From: Candidatus Aenigmatarchaeota archaeon
Lineage (GTDB): Archaea > Aenigmatarchaeota > Aenigmatarchaeia > CG10238-14 > SCSR01
DNA length: 64,000 nt
Assembly (NCBI GenBank): GCA_016213525.1
Contig: JACRAE010000005.1
Location: forward strand, 17,405-81,404
Reading direction: 5' to 3'
Shown here: one piece after another, positions 1 to 11,385 of the stretch
Position numbering within the stretch: position 1 is the stretch's first letter
Layout of the letters: each line of letters starts with the position of its first letter
Made by a program: the position numbers and the translations under genes
Notes under the pieces: model-generated
Told to the model about the DNA's origin: nothing
Database searches by the model: none
Seen by the model: only the letters and a program-made list of their open reading frames with translations

Positions 1-275
1 ATGGATGCACTAAACAACGTATCTTGGAATCACCGCAGCGGCTCCATATTGTCTATCGTACCTGCATATTGCTTGATGGGTGCTTAATTGGGGATGATTC
101 CTCCCAGTAACGGATGACCCAGCCAGAAAAAATTTTCATCGATCAAGGACCGCTCCGGCGTCTTGGGAAAGAGGAGACCAAGTCTGATCCCTAAGGAATC
201 ACCCAACACCCAAACTTATGGACTTCTAGGATCCTCCCCAAAACCTTGGAGGTAAGACGCCGGGCGGTCTTGGTC

Positions 276-863
276 CTAGTTATGCCTGGGACGTTTTAGG
301 GTGGAATTTCTGGTTGCGTCGGTCAGGGGTTTGACTTCCTCCCTCTTCAGCCTCCAATAAAGGCTCTGTACGAAGTCTAGGTCGGCCACCGCGTGGTCCT
401 CTATCCTCTTGAAGTCCCTGTTCCTGTAGAACGACTCGACTTCGGTGTTCCTGTGCCTCGGACCGGATATGTCGAGCCTCGAAGACACGTCGTCCGCGTT
501 CAGCCCCTTGAACCTCATGCCGTTGAAGGGCAGCATGCACTGGAGAGTGTCGACCGTCGCTATGTTGCAGAAGAAGTCCTCCAGGTTGCCGTGGCCGTCT
601 ATCCCGTTGGCCGCCATCCTGCGTATCAGGGTGGGTACGTCGAACCTGAGTATGTTGTGCCCCACTAGTATCAGGAACCCGTCCCTCCTCATGATTTTGA
701 GATCCGTCAGGAAAGACGACAGTATGTTCTTCTCGGATGACTCCCACTCCTTCAATATTTTCGTATTCCCGTCGAAGTCCCTGTACTGTACCGATATGAC
801 CTTCGTAGAGTCAGAGCGGAACCCGTTCTCCGAGAAAGTCTCGATGTCTATGTACAGCAGCAT
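276..863 (-). CDS. RNase H-like / DnaQ-PolB-type 3'-5' exonuclease domain protein
   Basis: YIDIET (ExoI), GHNILRFDVP (ExoII), HAVADL (ExoIII) motifs; start placed at MLLYIDIET. Confidence 0.75.
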   Translation of the reverse strand: MLLYIDIETFSENGFRSDSTKVISVQYRDFDGNTKILKEWESSEKNILSSFLTDLKIMRRDGFLILVGHNILRFDVPTLIRRMAANGIDGHGNLEDFFCNIATVDTLQCMLPFNGMRFKGLNADDVSSRLDISGPRHRNTEVESFYRNRDFKRIEDHAVADLDFVQSLYWRLKREEVKPLTDATRNSTLKRPRHN

Positions 864-923
864 GACGAACGAAAATAACTTCACGCCGGGCGCCATTTAA
901 CGGCTCGCGACCACTCGCGGTGG

Positions 924-3900
924 TCAGCCTATGTAGCCGGACACGCCCATCGTGTCGTCTTCCTTCTGGCGCACGCGCTTCTGCCTCTCGACGAACTTCT
1001 CGTAGTGCGCGCGCACCTCCTTCGAGATGCTCGGCGTCAGCTTCTTCAACGCGTCTTCGAAGTGCTTTGACTTGACTTCGTCCGCCTTGACGTCCTCCCT
1101 CAGGGCGTTCATCGCGGCCTCCCTGCAGAGCGAGTCCAAGTCTGCACCCGAGAATCCGTCGGTAGACTTTGCTATTTCCTTCAGGTCTATCCCTTTCAGC
1201 GGCATATGATTTACATGAACTTTCAATATTTCTAATCTTGCCTTTTCGTCTGGGGGAGGTACCATTACGTATCTATCGAACCTACCTGGTCTCAATATTG
1301 CAGGATCTATAATGTCTGGTCTATTCGTAGCCGCAATAACTACGACTCCCTTTAATTCTTCAAGACCAGACATCTCGGTTAGGAGTTGGGATACTATACT
1401 TTCACTCGAATGTTCCCCTCCAGATATATTTCTTTTTGGAGCTAACGAATCTATTTCATCAAAGAATATTACTGTGGGAGCTACCTGCCTCGCTCTTCGG
1501 AAGAGGTCGCGTATCATTTTTTCCGATTCACCCACCCACTTACTTTTTAGTTCCGGCCCCTTAACAGATATGAAGTTCGCACCGCTCTCATTTGCAACGG
1601 CCTTCGCGAGTAGGGTCTTACCTGTACCTGGAGGACCATAGAGCAAAATTCCTTTTGGAGGTTGTATACCCATTCTTTCGAATCCCTCTGGATTTTTCAA
1701 TGGCCATTCGACCATTTCTATTAGTAATTGTTTCACTTCCTCAAGTCCACCTATGTCTTTCCATTTTACTTTAGGAATTTCAACTAGGACTTCACGCATA
1801 GCAGAAGGTTCTACTACTCTAATAGCATTATCGAAGTCGTCTTTTGTTACACCCTTCTCAAGTTTTTTAATTATGTCTTCAGACAAATCTTCTTCCTTCC
1901 AATTTATTTCTGGAAGAACTCTTCTTAGAACACTCATAGCCGCTTCTTTTGTAAGTGCCCATAAGTCAGCACCCACATAGCCATATGTTTTTTCAGCCAT
2001 GTCTTTAATAATTTTTTCTTTAAGTTTCTTTTCTATTGGTGTCCAGTTTTCTCCCAATAGAATTTTTATACCAGATTCCAGCTTTATCCAAAAATCTCTT
2101 GAGTTATTTGATATACCTAGATAACTTTGGATTATTTCTTTCTGTTCATCATCTAATTTAGGTAAAATTCTGTTTTTAATATTTTCTATAGAACTTAAGT
2201 CCTCAAACTTCTTCAATATAATTTCCTTTTTTTGTCTATACTCAATATTTTTGACATGAGGCCCTGTTAGAATCTCTTCAATATCCTTTATACTATAAGC
2301 ATTTAGTATGTTAAATTTTTCCTCTTTAGACAAACTGTATTCTTTTTGTATATCCTCTAAGAGCAAATTCTTGAATATTGAAAATATTTCCTGATAGAAT
2401 GTTACATGATTCTGGAGTACTCCATTATTGATTAAATATATATTTTTAGAAAATATTTCAGTTTCTTCTTTTTCACGACCAAGTTGTTTTATCAAATTAT
2501 TTTTTTGAGATATTTCATCTTTTTGGGCATTAATTTCGTTATCTATCCTTTGTATCTGATTTGGTAAAATTGTTTTTATTTTTCTATCTACATTGGATAT
2601 GTCAGAATCTATTTGTTCAATTTCGCTCTGAAGTTCCTTGTATTTAGCGGCTCCCTTTTCAGATTTGAAAGCTATATGAGACGTAGAATGTCCTATAATC
2701 TGATCCGATAAATTTTCTATATCGTCTCTGAATTTTTTTTCTTTGTTTTTTAACGTTTTTAATTCTTTTTCATATGAATCTATTTCAGATAATATTTTAT
2801 CCTTGTTTTTTTCTAGGTGTTTTATATCATCCTCGTGTTCCTTAATTTCATCTTCTGCTCGTTTTGTATTATTTTGTATGTTCTTTATTTTGGATTTGAA
2901 ATCATCTTCGATATTTTCTTTTTTGAATTTTTCAGCTAATTCATTGAGTCCATTTTGAACTATTAGTAAATCTATTGGGGGATCAAGTGGCATATTTGCA
3001 GTGTGTATTTTCAATATCTCTAATCTACCCTTGTAATCCGGCACTGGTATTTCAATTTCTCTATCAAAACGTCCTGGTCTTCTTAGAGCAGGATCTATTG
3101 CATTTTGTCTGTTTGTAGCAGCTATTACTATGACCTTGCCTCTTTTCTTAAGACCATCCATGAGTGTGAGTAATTGAGAAACTACTCTTCTTTCAACTTC
3201 TCCTGTAGCATCTTCTCTTTTCGGAGCGACGGAATCAATTTCATCAATAAATATTATTGATGGGGCATTTTTTTCGGCATCTTCAAATATTTTACGTAAA
3301 TTTTCTTCGGACTGACCATACCATTTGCTCATTATTTCTGGTCCAGAAATTGATACGAAGTTCGCACCGCTCTCACTCGCAACGGCCTTCGCGAGTAGGG
3401 TCTTACCTGTACCTGGAGGACCATAGAGCAAAACACCCTTCGGTGGTTCCACTCCAAGTTTATCAAAAAGTTCTGGGTGTCTGAGTGGTATTTCAATCAT
3501 TTCACGTACTTTTCCTATTACTGGACCCAATCCTCCAATATCTTCATAACTTACGATTGGCATAGTTCTCTCTTCTATTTTCATAGCTTCTGGAAGTTCT
3601 GCCAAAATGTCCAAATCGGTGACGTCAGTTATCTTAACTATAGAATTACTTGGATCTGTATTTGTCACAATGAATCTAACTTCTCCTGCTAACGGTGTAA
3701 ATATCATATCTTCGAATGGATTGGAGCCGAAAAATTCTTCGAATATGTTTCCCCCTCTGGCACGCTTCCTGACGACAGGCGACGGAATCAATATGTCTCC
3801 CTTCGCGACCGGGCGCATGTAGATGTTCTGCTTGATCAGGTTCGGCGATATGTGGATTATCATTCCCTTCTCTGCAGGGGCTATCGTGACGCGCTTGGCC

Positions 3901-4193
3901 TCCTTAACTTCTGCTTTCTTGACTTTTACTAACTCCCCAACGCCGCTCCCAGAGTTCCTCCTGGTTATCCCGTCCATGCGAATAATATTCAAACCAACGT
4001 CTGCGGGGTACGCGCGCATCGCTATCGCCGCGGTCTTCCTGTTCCCCTCTATCTCGACCACGTCGCCCTCTTTTATGCTGAGCTTGTTCATGTTGTTCGA
4101 GTCTATCCTGACGATTCCCCTGCCAGCTTCCTCCCTCGCGGTCAGCTCGCCGACCTTCAATTTCGTGTCTGAGCCGGGCGTTTTCTCTGCCAT
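924..4193 (-). CDS. cdc48: Cdc48/VCP-family AAA+ ATPase with large insertion in D1 lid
   Basis: N-domain, two GPPGTGKT Walker A, IDEID/FDEID Walker B, two RPGRFDR SRH motifs, C-terminal GYIG. Confidence 0.95.
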   Translation of the reverse strand: MAEKTPGSDTKLKVGELTAREEAGRGIVRIDSNNMNKLSIKEGDVVEIEGNRKTAAIAMRAYPADVGLNIIRMDGITRRNSGSGVGELVKVKKAEVKEAKRVTIAPAEKGMIIHISPNLIKQNIYMRPVAKGDILIPSPVVRKRARGGNIFEEFFGSNPFEDMIFTPLAGEVRFIVTNTDPSNSIVKITDVTDLDILAELPEAMKIEERTMPIVSYEDIGGLGPVIGKVREMIEIPLRHPELFDKLGVEPPKGVLLYGPPGTGKTLLAKAVASESGANFVSISGPEIMSKWYGQSEENLRKIFEDAEKNAPSIIFIDEIDSVAPKREDATGEVERRVVSQLLTLMDGLKKRGKVIVIAATNRQNAIDPALRRPGRFDREIEIPVPDYKGRLEILKIHTANMPLDPPIDLLIVQNGLNELAEKFKKENIEDDFKSKIKNIQNNTKRAEDEIKEHEDDIKHLEKNKDKILSEIDSYEKELKTLKNKEKKFRDDIENLSDQIIGHSTSHIAFKSEKGAAKYKELQSEIEQIDSDISNVDRKIKTILPNQIQRIDNEINAQKDEISQKNNLIKQLGREKEETEIFSKNIYLINNGVLQNHVTFYQEIFSIFKNLLLEDIQKEYSLSKEEKFNILNAYSIKDIEEILTGPHVKNIEYRQKKEIILKKFEDLSSIENIKNRILPKLDDEQKEIIQSYLGISNNSRDFWIKLESGIKILLGENWTPIEKKLKEKIIKDMAEKTYGYVGADLWALTKEAAMSVLRRVLPEINWKEEDLSEDIIKKLEKGVTKDDFDNAIRVVEPSAMREVLVEIPKVKWKDIGGLEEVKQLLIEMVEWPLKNPEGFERMGIQPPKGILLYGPPGTGKTLLAKAVANESGANFISVKGPELKSKWVGESEKMIRDLFRRARQVAPTVIFFDEIDSLAPKRNISGGEHSSESIVSQLLTEMSGLEELKGVVVIAATNRPDIIDPAILRPGRFDRYVMVPPPDEKARLEILKVHVNHMPLKGIDLKEIAKSTDGFSGADLDSLCREAAMNALREDVKADEVKSKHFEDALKKLTPSISKEVRAHYEKFVERQKRVRQKEDDTMGVSGYIG
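1572..1648. repeat. Direct repeat copy (cdc48 D2 Walker A region), 75/77 nt identical to 3357-3433
   Basis: Direct comparison: 19 nt identical + ttt/ctc + 55 nt identical. Confidence 0.95.
3357..3433. repeat. Direct repeat copy (cdc48 D1 Walker A region), 75/77 nt identical to 1572-1648
   Basis: Direct comparison. Confidence 0.95.
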
Positions 4194-4194
4194 A

Positions 4195-4569
4195 TTAGAA
4201 ATCTTCCTCTTCCTGCATTATCTTCTTTTTCATCGGCCTCATTTCCTTGAAAAGCTCGTCTCCGTCGTCTAGGAGGACCTTGAACGTCCTCATCATGACC
4301 TTCTTGCTCCAGTCGTCGAAGAAGTCCATCATCTTGTCGGCGTCCCCCTCCGGCACTAGGAAAGAAGACTGGTCGACCTTCTCGTGCGGCATCTCCTCGA
4401 TCACGCCCTCGCGGTGGTACACGTACTTCTTCTTCCCTCCAGGAACTGTCTGGGTCCAGCCGTAGAGCTCCTTGTAGAACTTCGTCTTCTCGGAGTTGCT
4501 GACCCCGGAGGACTTCATAGTGAACGTGAACATCACGGCCTTCTTTTCCTTCCTTTCGTCCTCGGACAT
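4195..4569 (-). CDS. hypothetical protein, likely co-transcribed with cdc48
   Basis: 124-aa ORF ending 1 nt before cdc48 start; TATA-like tttatata upstream. Confidence 0.8.
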   Translation of the reverse strand: MSEDERKEKKAVMFTFTMKSSGVSNSEKTKFYKELYGWTQTVPGGKKKYVYHREGVIEEMPHEKVDQSSFLVPEGDADKMMDFFDDWSKKVMMRTFKVLLDDGDELFKEMRPMKKKIMQEEEDF

Positions 4570-4626
4570 TTAGTGTATTAGTGTAGGCTAAGTATATAAA
4601 GTTTTGTGTACGGTTGTAGGCTAAAA

Positions 4627-4862
4627 TTAATTTTTGGTGGAATCTACAGCCTTCAGTTTCCCGTCCCTGCCTATCTCGGCGACGTGCATCCCTATCGAGG
4701 TCACGTCCAGCTTGGAGAAGTCGACCTCTGCCATCTTCTCGGAGGATATCCAGACCCCACCCTTCCAATCAGAGAGAACAAAGAATCCAGAGAGTTTCAC
4801 ATCATAACCGTTGACCTTCAGCCTCCTCTCGAGGTCCTCCACCTTCCTCTTGTCGAGCACAT

Positions 4863-4881
<19 letters not shown>
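4627..4881 (-). CDS. small protein, possibly pre-PUA/NIP7-like partner of the m5C methyltransferase
   Basis: 84-aa ORF overlapping the end of the RsmB/NOP2 gene; family call tentative. Confidence 0.55.
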
Positions 4882-5753
<872 letters not shown>

Positions 5754-5871
5754 AGAACAACAGACCCTGTACCAGCCATTATACATCAATCGACGGTCTT
5801 CGCTTAAGGCTTTTTTCATTCGGGCAAACGTTCATTAGCCAACCGTGGAAAATAGTTCAATGGGGAGTCGG

Positions 5872-8800
5872 ATGGGCACGAAACAAGTTGCGGCAATTTT
5901 GCTGGCGGTCTCAGTGCTCGGTCTGGCGGTAGCCATGGCGCCGGCCTTGGGGGAGGATTCGTTCCATTCAGTTGAGTTCGAATCGAAAGTACACGACGAT
6001 GTGAAAGAGGAGGTAGCCGCCGATCCGAACGACACCATAGAGGTCATCGTCGAGACCTCGGGCGGCGACGAATCTGCCCAGAGGGAGGCAATCGAGCTTA
6101 TTGGTAACATAACCCACGACTACTCCACAATAGATTCTTTTTCGGTGGAAATCAGACCGGAAGATCTGGACGAACTGTCCCAGGAAGATTTCGTCACGAG
6201 CATAGAGCCAGACCCAATATTCATTGCTCAGCTGCAGACCAGCGTGCCCCTGGTAAACGCCTCAGTCACATGGTCGCGCACGGTTTCCGGGGTCAATCTT
6301 ACCGGTAGAGGGATAGGAGTCTGTATAATCGACACCGGGGTCAACTACACGCACCCTGACCTTGGCGGATGCCCGGCGACGTCCGACATAAACACGGCCG
6401 GGTGCTCCAGGGTAGTTGCAGGATACGATTTCGTCAACGACGACAACAACCCCATGGACGACGTCGACCATGGCACGCATGTAGCAGGCATAGTTGGTGC
6501 TAACGGCGGAATAGTTGGGGTAGCTCCAAACTCCAGCATAATAGCGATAAAATCGCTCGCTCCGGGCAACCCGCCTTCCGGGACCCTGTCGGACATTGTG
6601 GCGGGCATAGACTGGTGCGTGAGCAACGCTACCTCGCTGAACATAAGCGTAATCAGCATGAGCCTGGGAGACGGCGGTACATATGCCGGATACTGCGACG
6701 GCACATACCCTTCAATGACGGCTGCGATAAACTCAGCCATTTCCAGCAACATAACGGTCGTGGTAGCCTCTGGGAACGACGGCAGCACGTCTGGAATGTC
6801 CAACCCGGCATGCGTGACGAACGCAACGTCGATAGGATCTACCACGGACTCCGACGTGTTCAGCAGCTTTAGCAACAGGAACTCCATTCTGGATCTGGCC
6901 GCCCCGGGGTCCACCATAAACTCGACCAGGATACAGGGAGGCTACGTGGAGTTCAGCGGCACCTCCATGGCGACGCCGCATGCGGCCGGGATGTTCGCCA
7001 TCTTGTACCAGAAGTACAAGCTCCTGTACAACGCGAAGCCTGCCGTGGGCCTTCTGGAGAGCATCAGCAAGTCTAGTGGCGTCATGATATACGATTCCGG
7101 AGTCGGGATGAGCTTCCCGAGAATAGATGTTCTCAACACGTCTCAGCAGATACGCTCCACCTACTCGTCGCACGTCTCGGGAAACTCAACGATCGAGAGG
7201 GGATCTCAGGTGAATTTTTCCGCCATGTGGTCCAGCAACGTAAACCTTGGATTTGCCGTGCTGTCGACCAACGAGACGGGCGCGTTCCTGAACAAGACTG
7301 AGAACTATGGATCCCCGCAGACGCTCTTCGCCATGAACTGGAGCAACTTCACATGGTCGAACTCGTCCGTTCCCAATGGAACCGTAGTACTGTGGAGGAT
7401 ATACGCCAACGACAGCGCCGGGAACCAGAATGCCACCGACGCGCTGAACTTCACCGTACTGGACACCACGATATACATGACGAACTCCACCAAGACGAAC
7501 GACACGTCTTACTCGTCCGGCGCGTTCTATTCGTTCAACGTGACGGTGACCGAGTTCACGGGCACGGGGAACGTGACGTTCGAGTGGGACTCGTCCCAGA
7601 ATTCCACGGTGTATCTTTACCAGACCCTGAACTCGAGCTCCAGCGTCTTCATGGCCAACAAGACCGACCTCCCGGCCGGTAACTACACTTACAGGTGGAT
7701 TGCGAACGACACGCTCGGAAACAGGAACTCCGCATCTGGCACCTTCAACCTGTCTAAGGCACAGCCGGCGATGATCCTGTCGTCGACACCCTCGAACTCC
7801 ACGGTGTTCGGCGGGTTCACAGCAGCAAATGGTACCATCGTCACTGGGGATGTCTCCTTCATTCTGAGCCTGACCAGAAATGGGACGGTCGTCAACACGA
7901 GCTCCAGCAGGTCCGTCACCGAAAACGTAACTCTAGGGTCTGGCACCCACAACTACACCCTGACGTACAACGGGACCCAAAACTACACCTCATTTTCAAT
8001 ATCGAACTTGACTTCCGTCAGCACGGCCCCGACTTCAATAGGCCTCTTCCTCAACGGTACCCAGGGAAACTTCACCTATGACAGGTCTTCCCAGGTGAAC
8101 ATCACCGCCAGGGTCAACGTGACGGGCGCCGGATTGAACGTCTCCATATTCCTGAACAGCAGCGGGACGTCCATTGAAGTCAACTCGTCTTCAAACACCG
8201 CCTCATATTTCATCGGAACCTCGGGACTGAACCTGGGGATCTACAATGTCACCGCGTCATACAACGGAAGCAGCTCGAACTATTCTCGGAGCAGTCAGAC
8301 TTTCTTCTTCTCCGTGAGGGAGTTCTATAGGAACTTCTCCGTGAGCATACAGAACGGGACCTTGGAGTTGGTGGACGCCGATGAGGCGAACACGACCCTA
8401 GACTTCCTGACCAACGACACGGTAATCAACAACGAGACAAACGTGTCGGTTGGCAGCGACAACCCCGTGGGCGCCAACCCGTCCGGAATCTCGATAGGCA
8501 AGTTCCTCAGGATAAACGTGAGCTCCCGCATAGCGAGCAACCTCACCTATGCCGTGATAAGGTTCAGTTACCTGGACTCCGACGTCCCATCGGGCGCGGA
8601 CGAGAGCACGCTGAGGCTGTTCAGGTGGAACGGCTCGTCCTGGGTCAGGTTCGACGGCCAGTTCATCGGGGGCGTGGACACGTCGAGCAACGTTGTGTTC
8701 GCCAACACAACGCAGTTCAGCGACTTCACGGTGGCAGGCGAGGCCGCGTCGTCGCCGGCGCCCGTCTCGGTCTCATCCTCGGGAGGCGGAGGAGGAGCCC

Positions 8801-9129
8801 CGTTGAAGAAATCGAACGTCTCAGTTGAGAAAGAAAACAATACGACCGAGATCCCCGTTGTTTCCGAAGAAAATGTTCCCGATGTGGTTTTGGTGGAGAA
8901 CACGACGGCAGCCGAAGAAAGTCCCGACTCGTCCGGGGACGCCGCGGAGCCCCAGACGGCGTATCTGTCATATGCCACCACAGCTCTGGCAGTTATTGGC
9001 GTGGCGGCCGTCTTGTTTTCAATCAGGCGCAAAATATCCCGCCTGTTGGAATTCCACAGGAGGCCCTGGCGCCAGCGGGGATCCGGCCTGCACTTCCACA
9101 AGAACTCTAGGCGGAGGAGGCCTTCTTAG
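5872..9129 (+). CDS. Surface-anchored S8 (subtilisin) serine protease
   Basis: Signal peptide, IIDTG, HGTHVAG, SGTSMATPH triad; long N-x-S/T-rich extracellular region; C-terminal TM followed by RRK. Confidence 0.92.
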   Translation: MGTKQVAAILLAVSVLGLAVAMAPALGEDSFHSVEFESKVHDDVKEEVAADPNDTIEVIVETSGGDESAQREAIELIGNITHDYSTIDSFSVEIRPEDLDELSQEDFVTSIEPDPIFIAQLQTSVPLVNASVTWSRTVSGVNLTGRGIGVCIIDTGVNYTHPDLGGCPATSDINTAGCSRVVAGYDFVNDDNNPMDDVDHGTHVAGIVGANGGIVGVAPNSSIIAIKSLAPGNPPSGTLSDIVAGIDWCVSNATSLNISVISMSLGDGGTYAGYCDGTYPSMTAAINSAISSNITVVVASGNDGSTSGMSNPACVTNATSIGSTTDSDVFSSFSNRNSILDLAAPGSTINSTRIQGGYVEFSGTSMATPHAAGMFAILYQKYKLLYNAKPAVGLLESISKSSGVMIYDSGVGMSFPRIDVLNTSQQIRSTYSSHVSGNSTIERGSQVNFSAMWSSNVNLGFAVLSTNETGAFLNKTENYGSPQTLFAMNWSNFTWSNSSVPNGTVVLWRIYANDSAGNQNATDALNFTVLDTTIYMTNSTKTNDTSYSSGAFYSFNVTVTEFTGTGNVTFEWDSSQNSTVYLYQTLNSSSSVFMANKTDLPAGNYTYRWIANDTLGNRNSASGTFNLSKAQPAMILSSTPSNSTVFGGFTAANGTIVTGDVSFILSLTRNGTVVNTSSSRSVTENVTLGSGTHNYTLTYNGTQNYTSFSISNLTSVSTAPTSIGLFLNGTQGNFTYDRSSQVNITARVNVTGAGLNVSIFLNSSGTSIEVNSSSNTASYFIGTSGLNLGIYNVTASYNGSSSNYSRSSQTFFFSVREFYRNFSVSIQNGTLELVDADEANTTLDFLTNDTVINNETNVSVGSDNPVGANPSGISIGKFLRINVSSRIASNLTYAVIRFSYLDSDVPSGADESTLRLFRWNGSSWVRFDGQFIGGVDTSSNVVFANTTQFSDFTVAGEAASSPAPVSVSSSGGGGGAPLKKSNVSVEKENNTTEIPVVSEENVPDVVLVENTTAAEESPDSSGDAAEPQTAYLSYATTALAVIGVAAVLFSIRRKISRLLEFHRRPWRQRGSGLHFHKNSRRRRPS

Positions 9130-11344
9130 CCGCCTTAGCCCGCGGCTTCGCCTTGGCATTCTTCTTTCCCCAGTCGGCCTTCGTCTCGCACTTCGGGTCG
9201 ACGCACATCCTGAACGGCCTCTTGCCCCTGCGCACGACCTGTATCATAGGCGTCCTGCACTTCTCGCACGCCTTGCCTAGAGGCACTATCTTGGCCATGC
9301 CCGGCAGCGGGTAGCCGGTCTGGCACGACGGGAGCCAGACCTTCTCCTTCCAGGCGCACTTGCACTTGCCCTTCACGCCGCCGCACATGCCGCACTTGCA
9401 CTTGCACGCGGTCCTCGTGAACTTGCACTTCTCGCAGCGGAAGTAGCTCGAGCACCCGACGAAGAACTTGCCGCTGAACCTCGACCTCAGTATCTTGAGC
9501 TCGCCGGTCTTGCAGACTATGCACGAGCCGAGCCTCCTCGCGTCCTCCCTCGACTCGACGAGGGCTCCGAGCAGCTTCTTGCCTATCTCCTTCTCGTGCT
9601 TCCTGAAGTCCTCGAGCACGTCAGTCAACGCCTCCTTAGCGTCCTCGACGACCTTCTCCCTGCTCATCTTGCCCTCCATAACGGCGTCCGTCTCGTCTTC
9701 GAACTTCTTGGTGAGCTCCTCGCTCAGTATCCTAGGGGCGTAGTCCTTCAGCGCCCCGATGACGCTCTCGCCGAGCTTCGTTACCTTGATGCTCTGGCCG
9801 AGGATGTAGTTCCTGTCATAAAGGGTCTTCAATATCTCTGCCCTCGTCGCCTTCGTGCCGAGGTTCCTGCTCTCCATCTCCTTCAGTATCGAGCCCTGGC
9901 TGAACCTCCCCGGCGGCTGCGTCTCCTTCTTCGCAGACTCGAGCTTGGTGACCTTCAGCCTGTCGCCGGCCGCCATCTCAGGCAGCAAGAGCTCCTCGGT
10001 AGACATGTAGGGCGAGTAGAACTCCGTCCATCCGGGCTCTATCGTCCTCTTGCCGACGACTGAGAACATGTTTCCCCCGACGTCGAGGGACACGGTGTTG
10101 CTCTCCCTCGTGGCCGCGTCGGCGAACACGGACAGGAACCTCCTGACTATGAGGTCGTACACCTTCCTCTGCTGCGAGGTCAGGAACTTCACGTCCGGGG
10201 TCTCGAAAGTGGGATAGACGGCGGGGTGCGCCGGGTCGTCCTTCTTGCCCTCGTTTGGCACGAGCTTGTCCTTGACCAAGAGGTCCTTCGCGAAGGACTG
10301 GTATACCTTGATCTTGGCGAGCGCGCTGATTATCTTGACGTAGTTTATGTTCGCCGGCAGCTTCTGCGACGATGACCTGGGATAGGATATGTAACCCTTC
10401 TGGTAGAGGCTCTCAGCGATGGAGAGAGTCTGCGTCGGGGAATATTTGAACTGGGCGTAGCACTCGGACTGGAGGTCCGTCGTGTTGAACGGGACGGGCG
10501 GAGACTGCTTGTACTCCCTCTTCTTCACGTCCTTGACTACGGCGTCCTTGCCCTTCGAGCCCTTCAGCACAGAGTCCGCCTCGGACTCCTTCCACAGCTT
10601 GTCCTCCTCGTACGATGCCGGGATATCCTTGCCGCCGATTCTGACGAGCATCTGCAGCTCCCAGAAGGGCTTCGGCTTGAACTTCCTGATCTCCAGCTCC
10701 TTCTCGTAGAGCATCGATAGCGTTGGGCCCTGGACCCTGCCCGTCGACAAAATTGCGAATCCCTTCTCAGCTGAGTTCTTTATAGCGAGCGTCAGCGCCC
10801 GCGTCAGATTGATCCCCCAGAAGAAGTCGAGGTAGTGCCTAGTGAGGCCCGCCTCGGTCTGGCCCATGTCGAGATGCTTGCTCGCGTTCTCATAGGCATC
10901 GACTATCTCGTCCTTCGTCATCGTCGAGAACTTCATCCTCGCCGCGTCCCTCTTGCTGCTCATCATGCTGAGCACGTTGTAGCCGATGACCGCGCCCTCG
11001 GTGTCGTAGTCCGTCGCCACGATGAAGCTGCTGCCCTTCTTCATCACCTCCTCCATGTTCTCAAAATATTTCTTGGAGAACTCGTGGCCCTTCTTAGAAT
11101 GGGACGGGACCCACTGGACGTTGAATATCGGGTACTTCCATCCGGTGCCGTCCTTTATCGTGTCCAGGCCGAACAGGTGGCCGACGGCGCACCCCACAAT
11201 TATGTTCCTGTCCCCCCTCTTCAGCTCGTACCAGAAGGCGTCCCTCTTCTCGACCTTCCTCGCCTTGCCTTCTGAGAGGGCCTGAGCGATCTTAGTCATC
11301 GCGTCCGGCTTCTCGGTTATGATTACGGTGGTGCCCGCAGGCAT
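9107..11344 (-). CDS. topA: DNA topoisomerase IA
   Basis: IITEKP, ATDYDTEG, STGRVQGP, ISYPRS (catalytic Tyr), C-terminal zinc ribbons. Confidence 0.95.
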   Translation of the reverse strand: MPAGTTVIITEKPDAMTKIAQALSEGKARKVEKRDAFWYELKRGDRNIIVGCAVGHLFGLDTIKDGTGWKYPIFNVQWVPSHSKKGHEFSKKYFENMEEVMKKGSSFIVATDYDTEGAVIGYNVLSMMSSKRDAARMKFSTMTKDEIVDAYENASKHLDMGQTEAGLTRHYLDFFWGINLTRALTLAIKNSAEKGFAILSTGRVQGPTLSMLYEKELEIRKFKPKPFWELQMLVRIGGKDIPASYEEDKLWKESEADSVLKGSKGKDAVVKDVKKREYKQSPPVPFNTTDLQSECYAQFKYSPTQTLSIAESLYQKGYISYPRSSSQKLPANINYVKIISALAKIKVYQSFAKDLLVKDKLVPNEGKKDDPAHPAVYPTFETPDVKFLTSQQRKVYDLIVRRFLSVFADAATRESNTVSLDVGGNMFSVVGKRTIEPGWTEFYSPYMSTEELLLPEMAAGDRLKVTKLESAKKETQPPGRFSQGSILKEMESRNLGTKATRAEILKTLYDRNYILGQSIKVTKLGESVIGALKDYAPRILSEELTKKFEDETDAVMEGKMSREKVVEDAKEALTDVLEDFRKHEKEIGKKLLGALVESREDARRLGSCIVCKTGELKILRSRFSGKFFVGCSSYFRCEKCKFTRTACKCKCGMCGGVKGKCKCAWKEKVWLPSCQTGYPLPGMAKIVPLGKACEKCRTPMIQVVRRGKRPFRMCVDPKCETKADWGKKNAKAKPRAKAAKKASSA

Positions 11345-11385
11345 TCAATAATATTGGCTGGTTGTATTTAAAAGCCCCGTCGGAG

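Noticed and set aside
141..275. 5S rRNA, SRP RNA or RNase P RNA
   Set aside because: No conserved signature sequences recognised on either strand
2015..2980. Intein in Cdc48
   Set aside because: No C/S...HN-C/S/T splice junctions or LAGLIDADG motifs, and it is not at the Walker A intein site
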